Of a stretch of DNA of 64,000 bases, positions 18,900 through 27,692 are shown in pieces. A program made the translations under genes and the position numbers. Below the pieces are notes generated by a model. That model saw only the letters and a list, made by a program, of their open reading frames with translations, was not told where the DNA came from and searched no databases. Source of the DNA: an uncultured Prevotellaceae bacterium (GTDB lineage: Bacteria; Bacteroidota; Bacteroidia; Bacteroidales; Bacteroidaceae); contig CAMJLB010000001.1 of the NCBI GenBank assembly GCA_946406555.1, positions 22,769 through 86,768 of the forward strand. The letters are read 5' to 3'. The stretch's first letter is position 1, and every line of letters begins with the position of its first letter.

Positions 18900-20201
18900 A
18901 TGAAGGCTATACTACCGATACTGTTGCTGATGCATGCAAACGCTTGGGCGCAAGACACCCTGTTCACCGCCGATTTGCATCTGATGACACGTGGAGAGAT
19001 ACGCAATGGCGGCATGACCTATAAAAACACGGATGAGCAGCAGGACTCTAAGTCGGCCTTCATCCTCGACCGCGTCCGCCTCTCGCTCGGCTATCAGCGC
19101 AACTGGCTCGAGGCGAAAGCCGCCGTACAGCACGTAGGCACATGGGGGCACGAAGGCTCCTCGAACGTGAATGTCTACGAGGCATGGGGAAAGGTAAAGG
19201 CTTCTTTCGGCCTGTTTGCACAGATAGGGCGACTGGCGCTGCGCTACGACGACGAACGCATCATAGGCTCCGATGACTGGGTGATGGCGTCGATGACCCA
19301 CGATGCCCTGAGGTTAGGCTACGAGGGATATGGCCACAAGGTGCACGGCATATTATGCTACAACCAGAACATGCGTGCCACCAGCTCTCCAGGCTCGTAT
19401 TACGCCGACGGAAGCCGGCCCTACAAAACCATGCAGACGCTGTGGTATCACTACGACGTACCTAAGGTGCCTTTAGGCATCTCGCTGCTGATGATGAATA
19501 TCGGCATGCAGGCAGGAGTGCCGGGTGGCACCTACGAAAATGCACCTCATACCGAATGGCAGACGGTATTAGGCGGCTACGTGAAGTGCACCCCTCGCTA
19601 CTTCTCAATAGAAGGGTCCTATTACCGGCAGACTGGCCGTGATGAGAGAACGGCCAAGCTGGATGCATGGATGGCTTCGGCCAAAGTGGTATATATTCCC
19701 AACAAGACATGGGCCATCAAGGCTGGCTACGACCACCTGAGTGGCGACGACTACGTGGCCGTGGTAAAACCAGGAGGACTTGGCATGCCACTACACGAGG
19801 TGTGCAAAGGCTTCAACCCCGTGTATGGCTCGCATCATAAGTTCTACGGAGCCATGGATTTCTTCTACCTCAGCACCTACGTCAACGGTTTCACCCCGGG
19901 ACTGCAGAATGCCTATATCGGTGCTTTCTATGAGCCGATAAAACAGCTGAGTCTGAAGGTCAACTACCATTATCTGGCAACAGGCACGAAGCTGAATGGA
20001 CTGAACAGTACGCTTGGACATGAAATAGAGGTAGAGGCGGCCTACATGCCGGCCAGGGACATCAGGATCGCAGCCGGATATTCTTACATGACAGGCACCG
20101 AGACGATGGAGAAGCTGAAGAGGGCCACCGGCGACGGAAACCTGCGATGGGCATGGCTCTCGCTGAACGTCATGCCACGGCTGTTCTCGGCCAAATGGTA
20201 A
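18900..20201 (+). CDS. Alginate-export (AlgE)-like outer-membrane beta-barrel
   Basis: Signal peptide; GR..L.YDDERIIG..DW.....HDA; D.LSGD; F.P.YG..HKFYG.MD; terminal Trp. Confidence 0.75.
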   Translation: MKAILPILLLMHANAWAQDTLFTADLHLMTRGEIRNGGMTYKNTDEQQDSKSAFILDRVRLSLGYQRNWLEAKAAVQHVGTWGHEGSSNVNVYEAWGKVKASFGLFAQIGRLALRYDDERIIGSDDWVMASMTHDALRLGYEGYGHKVHGILCYNQNMRATSSPGSYYADGSRPYKTMQTLWYHYDVPKVPLGISLLMMNIGMQAGVPGGTYENAPHTEWQTVLGGYVKCTPRYFSIEGSYYRQTGRDERTAKLDAWMASAKVVYIPNKTWAIKAGYDHLSGDDYVAVVKPGGLGMPLHEVCKGFNPVYGSHHKFYGAMDFFYLSTYVNGFTPGLQNAYIGAFYEPIKQLSLKVNYHYLATGTKLNGLNSTLGHEIEVEAAYMPARDIRIAAGYSYMTGTETMEKLKRATGDGNLRWAWLSLNVMPRLFSAKW

Positions 20202-20245
20202 GCAAATCAAACAATTTAAATATTACCCCCAAAAAAGCAAAAACC

Positions 20246-23200
20246 ATGACAACTACAACTTGTTTGACAAAATCACAATATGGCATCTATGCCGAATGCG
20301 TAAGCCATGCCGGCGAACCACGCTATAATATACCTTATTTATATATATTAGACGGATCGCTCGACGGCGACAGTCTTTGCAAGGCCATCGAAGCCACTGT
20401 GAAGACCCACCCCACCCTGTTTACGCGAATTGTGCTCGACAACGATGGCGAACCCATGCAATGTGTCGACGACGGAGAACCCTTCTCACTGACAATTGAG
20501 AAAATAGAAGATGTGACCATAAAAGCAGGCAACTGCCCGCTGGCAGAAAAGCTACAGTCTGCCGACTTCGATTTTCTCTCGTTCGTGCAGCCCTTCGACC
20601 TGTACAACGACCGGCTCTTCCGTATACGTCTTCTGAAAGACTCAAACCACTATTACCTGCTGCAAGACATTCATCACATCATCAGCGACGGCACCACCCG
20701 AAAGGTGTTGCTGGCCGACATTGAGAAAGCATATAACACAGCAAAGACGCAGTCTGGAAATGGCATGCAATCGTTGGAGCCGGAAGCACTCACCTTGCAC
20801 GAGGTGGCAACAGCTGAAAATGAGGCACGGCACACGCCGGCCTTCGAAGAGGCCAAACAGTGGTATGCCCACAACTTCGACTGCGGCGACTGCTATTCGC
20901 CGCTGTTGCCAGATCTTGAAGAGACAGAACAGAAGGAGGGTTTGCTGACAAGGGTCATGAACGTAGACGCGGCAAGCGTGGAGGCTTTCTGCAAAAAGAA
21001 CAACATCTTCAAAAGCACCTTCTTTACCGAGGCTTACGGCTTCCTGCTGGCTAAATTCAACAATGAGAAAGAGGCACTGTTCAACACCATACACAACGGG
21101 CGCGCCGACAAGCGGCTGGCTCACTCCGTGGCCATGCTGGTGAAGACGGTGCCGGTATATGCAAAGTTTACCGACGACACCACCGTGGTAGATTTCCTGA
21201 AGGAAGGGCAAGAGCAAATGACCGGTTGCAGAAAGCATGATGCCTACGCTTATACCGACGTGGTGAAGGACCTGAACATACAGGCAGCAACCCTCTTTGC
21301 CTGGCATGGAACACTGTTCGACAGCTTAGAGCTGTGCGGCAAGCCAATGACGGCCATCAGGCTGAACAACAACACCCGCGAAGTGCCCATCTATCTGAAA
21401 GCCTATATGCGCGACGGTCGCTACTGCATCGAGGCAGAGTTCAACGCGAGCGAATATAGCAAGCAGCTCATCAGCCAATACTTAGAGAGCTATGAGGCTG
21501 TGGTAGAAGGGTTTATGGCGCACAACTATCTTCGCGACATCAGCATAGCCACGAAATCACAGATAGAGGTTCTCGATGGATTCAATCTTACCGATGCCGA
21601 CTACGACGACTCGCAAACTATCGTCTCGCTATTCTGCCGCCAGGCCAAGGCCACGCCAGACAACGTCGCCGTGGTTTACAAAGAAAAGAAATACACATAC
21701 GCAGAGGTCAATGAGATAAGCGACCGCATAGCAGCTCACATCGCATCGATGGGACTGGGCACAGAAGACGTCGTCTCGGTCCTGATACCCCGTTGTGAGT
21801 GGATGGCAATAGCATCGCTGGGCATACTGAAGGCTGGCTGTGCATATCAGCCGCTCGACCCCAGCTATCCCCAGGAGCGCCTGAACTTCATGATGCAAGA
21901 TGCCGATGCCAAGTTGCTTATAGCCGACGAGCAACTGCGCGACCTCGTCGACGAATATAAGGGCGAGGTGCTCTTCACCTCGGCACTCACCAGCTGTGTA
22001 GGCGCGACACAACGGCCGGCGGGGCCATCGCCCGACAGCCTTTTCATTCTCCTCTATACGTCTGGCTCGACCGGAGTGCCAAAGGGTTGCCAACTGACGC
22101 ATGGAAACTTGGTGGCTTTCTGCCATTGGTATCAGCGTTTCTACGGCTTGCAGCCAGAGCACAACGTGGCGGCCTATGCAAGCTATGGCTTCGATGCCTG
22201 CATGATGGACATGTATCCGGCACTCACTTGCGGTGCTACCGTCTACATAGTGCCAGAAGAATTACGACTCGACCTGATTGCCCTCAACGACTATTTTGAG
22301 AGCAACCACATCACACACTCGTTCATGACCACGCAGGTGGGATTCCAGTTTGCCAGCAACGTAGAAAACCACTCGCTGAAGTATCTGTCGACGGGTGGAG
22401 AGAAACTGGCCAGTATAAACCCGCCAAAGGGCTACAATTTCTACAATGTATATGGACCTACAGAATGTACCATTCTTACTACCATCTACATGGTGGACAA
22501 GAAGATGAAGGACATTCCCATTGGCAAACCGCTCGAGAACATGCGCCTCTATATCGTAGACCCGCAAGGCAAGCGATTGCCCATAGGCGCGGCAGGCGAG
22601 CTTTGGGTAAGCGGCCCACAGGTAAGCCGCGGCTATCTGAACCGCCCGGAAAAGACGGTCGAGGTATATATTGAGAATCCTTTCACCGACAATCCACGCT
22701 ACTCGCGCATCTATCGTACCGGCGACATCGTGCGTTTCCTGCCCGACGGAAACATACAGTTTGTGGGCCGCCGCGACGGACAAGTGAAGATTCGCGGATT
22801 CCGCATTGAGCTGAAAGAGGTAGAAGCCGTGATACGCGACTTCCCTGGCATAAAAGACGCTACGGTACAAGCCTTCGACGAGGAGGGAGGAAACGGAAAA
22901 TTCATTGCCGCCTACATCGTGAGCGACCAACAAATAGACATCGAGGCACTGAACAATTTCATCCTCGACCAAAAGCCGCCTTATATGGTGCCGGCTGTGA
23001 CCATGCAGATTGAGAGCATTCCGCTGAACCAAAACCAGAAGGTGAACAAACGTGCCTTGCCGAAGCCCAAGAAGACGGCAGCTGCATTGCAGAAGTCAGG
23101 AGAACAGGCACCACTGAACGTACTGGAGAAACAGCTCCATCAGCTTGTGGCCGATGTTGTGAAGACGGAAGATTTTGGCATCACCACCATTCTGGGCTAT

Positions 23201-26200
23201 GTGGGCTTGACGTCAATCTCGGCTATCAAGCTGGCGGTTTTGGTCAATAAGCGGTATGGCGTGGCTCTTGATTCGAGAAACTTGGTGAAAGAAGGCACGA
23301 TACAGAGTATAGAAAACGAAATTCTTGATGCCATGCTCAGCAGGCAATTGAATGGAGGCAATGAGCAAGCAAACGGCGATAAACAGGCAGAAGGCAAGGC
23401 CACAGAGCCATCAACCACAAATTGCCAACTCAGCTACGCCCAGACAGGTGTGTATTTCGAGTGTCTGAAGAATCCCACCTCTACAATCTACAATATACCG
23501 TATATGCTCACCTTCCCCGCTGGGACGGATGCCGCGCGGCTGGCAGAGGCCGTGAAGCAGGTGGTGGAGAGCCATCCGGAGCTGAGTGTGCACTTCACTA
23601 CCAGCGGCGATGCCATCCTGCAGACCACGGAGGACAGCGTGCCCGTGGAGGTGCCCATCACCGAGATGAGCGCCGAGCAGCTGTCGGACTATAAAAACGA
23701 GTTTGTCCGTCCGTTCAACCTGCAGAAGGCACCCCTCTACCGCTTCGAGGTGGTGAAGGCCGGCGCCGCCGTGGCACTGCTGATGGACGTCCATCACTTG
23801 CTGTTTGATGGTGGCTCGGCCGACCTGTTCATCCGCCAGCTATGCAGCGTGCTCGACGGTGCACCCGCAGAGAAGGAGCGCTATACCTACCTCGACTTCG
23901 TGGCCGACCAGCAGAAGGCCGAGGAGGGCGACGCCTTCCGCGCCTCACAGCAGTTCTTCGCCGAGAAGCTGGCCACCTGCGAGGGAGCCAGCGAGATACC
24001 GGCCGACAACAGGCAGGGAGGGTCACCAGAAGAGACGGGCTTTATCGGCGAGGCGGTCTGCCCCACCGACCTGGGAAAAGCTGCCGCCTTCTGCCGCCAG
24101 CACGAGATAACGCCCGCACATCTCTTCCTCGCTGCCACGGCCTATGTCGTGTCACGCTATACCAACAACCGCGAGGTCTATCTCAGCACCGTGAGCAGCG
24201 GACGCTCGAACCTGAAGATTGCCGACACCGTGGGCATGTTCGTCAACACCCTCGCCCTCGGACTGAAGATTGACGATGTGACGGTGAGTGAATACCTCCA
24301 TCAGGTGAGCGACACCTTCGACGAGACACTACGCCATGAGGACTATCCCTTTGCGCGTATTGCTGCCGACTATGGCTTCAAGCCAGCTATCTCGTTCGCC
24401 TATCAGGTGGGGGTGCTGTCGGAATATAGCGTAGGCGGCAAGGCTATAGGTCAGGAACTGCTCGAATTGAATGTGCCCAAGTTTAAGATAAATATAAAGA
24501 TAGAGTCGCGGGGCATATTGGTGCAGTATGACGATGCCTTGTATACTGAGGCCACGGCGCAGGGGTTGGCTGAGAGTATTGCCGCTACAGTGGAGCATAT
24601 CATGGCTTGTCCCGATGGCAAGGTCAGACAGTTGTCTATTGTCAGCCAGAGCCAGGAGAAACAGTTAGAAAAGATACGTATGACAGATACGGGCGAGGCT
24701 CCTTTCAAGCTCTTCTTCGAAAGCATTGTTCATCACGCTCAGGAACAGCCCGACCGCATGGCTCTCATAGCCTGCGATGCACGATTCACTTATCGCGAGT
24801 TTGACCATGCCACCAACCGTATCGCCAATGCATTGCGACAGCGCGGAGTGCGCGAGGGTGACCGTGTGGCCATGCTGCTACCTCGAACCAGCCGCCTCAT
24901 ACTCTCTATGATTGGTATTCAGAAAGCAGGGGCTGCCTACATCCCCTGCGACCCAGAATATCCTGCAGACCGCGTGAAACTGATTCTGGAGGACAGCGGT
25001 GCCAAACTGATTATCACACCCGACGTGGCCGAGGAGCTGCTCAAAGAGGAAGATACGACACCACCTCAGACCAGACTGACCCCCGACGACTTGGCATACC
25101 TGATTTATACAAGTGGTTCTACAGGCCGTCCGAAGGGTGTCATGCTGCGACACGAAGGAATGTGCAACTACGCTACGCCTCTGCCCGCCAACGTGGAGGC
25201 CTATGCCGTGGCCAACGCCGCCGAGAGCATCTTGGCTGTAACCACGATATCTTTCGATGCCTCGCTCCACGAGATAGCCATCTCGCTGTTCAACGGACTT
25301 ACGCTGGTGCTTGCCAACGAGGAACAGACCAAGAATCCGCTTGATATGGCTTCGCTCATCAACGAGCACCATGTAGGCTATGTGTCGGCAACGCCCTCAC
25401 AATGGCAGACATGGATTTATAGCGATGAATTTGTGGAGGCTATCCGCAACGTACCCATCATCCGCTTCGGAGGCGAAAAGCTGCCCGAGAGCCTGCTCCA
25501 TCAGATGCAGAGGCTCACACCCTCGCGTATTCTGAACACCTATGGCCCCACAGAGACCACCGTGTCGTCGAACATCCAGGAGCTGACACATGCCGAGCGC
25601 GTCACCGTAGGTCGTCCGCAGCTCAACGTCAGGGAGTTCGTTGTTGATAGCGACGGCAATGAGTTGCCTGTTGGTGTCGTAGGTGAGCTCTATATCGGCG
25701 GGCGTGGTGTGGCTCGTGGCTATAACAACCTCGACGAGATGACGCGCGAGCGCTTCATCGATTATCACGGCACACGTATCTATAAATCTGGCGACTATGC
25801 CAAGTGGGCTCCCGATGGCGACGTGTTCATTCTGGGACGTAAGGACCACCAGATCAAGCTGCGCGGACTGCGCATCGAACTGGGAGAGGTGGAGAATGTG
25901 ATTGCCCGTGTGGAAGGTGTGAAGAATGTGGTTATCATGATTCGCCAGTTAGGTGGCAAGGAGCATCTCTGTGCCTACTTCACTGCCGACTGCCCGATAG
26001 ACATCGCCGCAATGAAAGACGAGATCAGCAAGAGTCTGACACAGTATATGGTGCCCACGGCATACCTGCAGCTGAAGGAGATGCCGATGACGCCCAACGG
26101 CAAGACCGACGTGAAGGCACTGCCGGAGCCCCAGTTAGCCGTCAGCAGCGCATACGAGGCACCTGCCAACGATACCGAGCGTAGCTTCTGCGACATCTTT

Positions 26201-27661
26201 GCCGGCATTCTGCAGATGGACCGTGTGGGTGCCACCGACAACTTCTTCGAACTCGGCGGTACCTCGCTGGTTGTCACGCGTGTCATCATCGAAGCCGACA
26301 AAGCCGGACTCCACGTGTCGTATGGTGAGGTCTTTGCCAACCCGACGCCGCGCAAGCTGGCCCGTCTTGTCACTGGCGAGTCAACCGACGACAATGCCGA
26401 TGCCAACGATCCCGTTGCCAATTTCGACTACACTGCCATCAACAACCTGTTGCAGCGCAACAACCTCGGGTTCTTCCGTAGCGGCGAGCGCCAGCGGCTG
26501 GGCAATGTGCTCATAACCGGTGCCACTGGCTATCTGGGTATTCACATCCTTCACGAACTGATTGAAAGGCTACGGGCAAGCGCGTCAGCGGGAATGGGCG
26601 ACGGCAAATCGGGAATCAGTGATGTCGAGAACATCTACTGTCTGGTGCGTGGCAAGACGGTCGAGAAGGCCGAAAGCCGCCTGCGCACTCTGCTCTATTA
26701 TTATTTCTCCGACTCCTACAAGGCGCTCTTCGGCAGCAGGATTCACGTGGTGCTTGGCGACGTCACCGAAGACCTTTGCCAGGTGTGTGGCGATGGTATC
26801 GCCACAACCATCTCCACCATCTTCAACTGTGCTGCCGTCGTGAAGCACTTCAGTGAGGGCACGGAGATTGAGGACGTAAACATCGGCGGAGCCCAGCGCT
26901 GCGTGGACTTCTGTATCAAGACAGGTGCCAAACTGGTGCATATCTCTACCGCCAGCACCCGTGGATTGTGGGCAGGTGAAATCAAGGACGATGTCTATAC
27001 CGAACAGCGCTTCTATATGGGCCAGTATCTGGGCAACAAGTACATCTACTCGAAGTTCATGGCCGAGCGCCTCATCCTCGACGCCATCGCCTTGCACGGG
27101 CTGAGCGCGAAGATCATGCGCGTGGGCAATCTGGCGGCGCGCTCTACCGACGGCGAGTTCCAGGCCAACTTCTCCACCAACTCCTTCATGGGCCGCATCA
27201 AGGTCTACAACATGCTGGGCTGCTGCCCCTACGCCATGCGCAACAAGCGGGTGGAGTTCTCGCCCATCAACGAGGTAAGCCGGGCCATCGTGCTGCTGGC
27301 CACCACGCCGAAGGAGTGCACTGTCTTCCATCCTTACAACATCCACACGCAGTTCCTTGGCGATGTGCTCATGGGGCTGACGGCTGTCGGCGACGGCATC
27401 CGCTTCGTGGAGCAGGAGGACTTTGCCGAGGCCATGGAGCAGGCGAAGAACGATGCGCAGAAAGCACGCCAGATGGCATCGCTGCTGGCTTATCAGGACA
27501 TGGCGCACGGGCAGAAGACGACCGACGTCGCACGCGACAACGACTACACCACGCAGGTGCTCTATCGCCTCGGCTTCAGCTGGAGCCCCACCTCGTGGGA
27601 CTATGTGGAACGCATGTTAGAGGCATTGGGCGGTTTCGGATTCTTTGACTCCAGTCTTTAA
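20246..27661 (+). CDS. Non-ribosomal peptide synthetase, C-A-T-C-A-T-R (terminal thioester reductase)
   Basis: C domains HHIISDG and HHLLFDG; A domains YTSGSTG.PKG, YGPTE, YRTGD/YKSGD and GFRIE/GLRIE; T domains GLTS and FFELGGTSL; R domain TGATGYLG and YIYSK. The start MTTTT at 20246 is preferred. Confidence 0.95.
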   Translation: MTTTTCLTKSQYGIYAECVSHAGEPRYNIPYLYILDGSLDGDSLCKAIEATVKTHPTLFTRIVLDNDGEPMQCVDDGEPFSLTIEKIEDVTIKAGNCPLAEKLQSADFDFLSFVQPFDLYNDRLFRIRLLKDSNHYYLLQDIHHIISDGTTRKVLLADIEKAYNTAKTQSGNGMQSLEPEALTLHEVATAENEARHTPAFEEAKQWYAHNFDCGDCYSPLLPDLEETEQKEGLLTRVMNVDAASVEAFCKKNNIFKSTFFTEAYGFLLAKFNNEKEALFNTIHNGRADKRLAHSVAMLVKTVPVYAKFTDDTTVVDFLKEGQEQMTGCRKHDAYAYTDVVKDLNIQAATLFAWHGTLFDSLELCGKPMTAIRLNNNTREVPIYLKAYMRDGRYCIEAEFNASEYSKQLISQYLESYEAVVEGFMAHNYLRDISIATKSQIEVLDGFNLTDADYDDSQTIVSLFCRQAKATPDNVAVVYKEKKYTYAEVNEISDRIAAHIASMGLGTEDVVSVLIPRCEWMAIASLGILKAGCAYQPLDPSYPQERLNFMMQDADAKLLIADEQLRDLVDEYKGEVLFTSALTSCVGATQRPAGPSPDSLFILLYTSGSTGVPKGCQLTHGNLVAFCHWYQRFYGLQPEHNVAAYASYGFDACMMDMYPALTCGATVYIVPEELRLDLIALNDYFESNHITHSFMTTQVGFQFASNVENHSLKYLSTGGEKLASINPPKGYNFYNVYGPTECTILTTIYMVDKKMKDIPIGKPLENMRLYIVDPQGKRLPIGAAGELWVSGPQVSRGYLNRPEKTVEVYIENPFTDNPRYSRIYRTGDIVRFLPDGNIQFVGRRDGQVKIRGFRIELKEVEAVIRDFPGIKDATVQAFDEEGGNGKFIAAYIVSDQQIDIEALNNFILDQKPPYMVPAVTMQIESIPLNQNQKVNKRALPKPKKTAAALQKSGEQAPLNVLEKQLHQLVADVVKTEDFGITTILGYVGLTSISAIKLAVLVNKRYGVALDSRNLVKEGTIQSIENEILDAMLSRQLNGGNEQANGDKQAEGKATEPSTTNCQLSYAQTGVYFECLKNPTSTIYNIPYMLTFPAGTDAARLAEAVKQVVESHPELSVHFTTSGDAILQTTEDSVPVEVPITEMSAEQLSDYKNEFVRPFNLQKAPLYRFEVVKAGAAVALLMDVHHLLFDGGSADLFIRQLCSVLDGAPAEKERYTYLDFVADQQKAEEGDAFRASQQFFAEKLATCEGASEIPADNRQGGSPEETGFIGEAVCPTDLGKAAAFCRQHEITPAHLFLAATAYVVSRYTNNREVYLSTVSSGRSNLKIADTVGMFVNTLALGLKIDDVTVSEYLHQVSDTFDETLRHEDYPFARIAADYGFKPAISFAYQVGVLSEYSVGGKAIGQELLELNVPKFKINIKIESRGILVQYDDALYTEATAQGLAESIAATVEHIMACPDGKVRQLSIVSQSQEKQLEKIRMTDTGEAPFKLFFESIVHHAQEQPDRMALIACDARFTYREFDHATNRIANALRQRGVREGDRVAMLLPRTSRLILSMIGIQKAGAAYIPCDPEYPADRVKLILEDSGAKLIITPDVAEELLKEEDTTPPQTRLTPDDLAYLIYTSGSTGRPKGVMLRHEGMCNYATPLPANVEAYAVANAAESILAVTTISFDASLHEIAISLFNGLTLVLANEEQTKNPLDMASLINEHHVGYVSATPSQWQTWIYSDEFVEAIRNVPIIRFGGEKLPESLLHQMQRLTPSRILNTYGPTETTVSSNIQELTHAERVTVGRPQLNVREFVVDSDGNELPVGVVGELYIGGRGVARGYNNLDEMTRERFIDYHGTRIYKSGDYAKWAPDGDVFILGRKDHQIKLRGLRIELGEVENVIARVEGVKNVVIMIRQLGGKEHLCAYFTADCPIDIAAMKDEISKSLTQYMVPTAYLQLKEMPMTPNGKTDVKALPEPQLAVSSAYEAPANDTERSFCDIFAGILQMDRVGATDNFFELGGTSLVVTRVIIEADKAGLHVSYGEVFANPTPRKLARLVTGESTDDNADANDPVANFDYTAINNLLQRNNLGFFRSGERQRLGNVLITGATGYLGIHILHELIERLRASASAGMGDGKSGISDVENIYCLVRGKTVEKAESRLRTLLYYYFSDSYKALFGSRIHVVLGDVTEDLCQVCGDGIATTISTIFNCAAVVKHFSEGTEIEDVNIGGAQRCVDFCIKTGAKLVHISTASTRGLWAGEIKDDVYTEQRFYMGQYLGNKYIYSKFMAERLILDAIALHGLSAKIMRVGNLAARSTDGEFQANFSTNSFMGRIKVYNMLGCCPYAMRNKRVEFSPINEVSRAIVLLATTPKECTVFHPYNIHTQFLGDVLMGLTAVGDGIRFVEQEDFAEAMEQAKNDAQKARQMASLLAYQDMAHGQKTTDVARDNDYTTQVLYRLGFSWSPTSWDYVERMLEALGGFGFFDSSL
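26566..26616 (+). repeat. Micro-insert copy 2 (33 bp plus an 18-bp internal expansion), in frame in the NRPS R domain
   Basis: AAGGCTACGGGCA[AGCGCGTCAGCGGGAATG]GGCGACGGCAAATCGGGAAT matches copy 1 at 28 of 33 positions once the bracket is removed. Confidence 0.65.
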
Positions 27662-27692
27662 GCAAGAGGCAGAAAAACGATGAACAAGAAGA

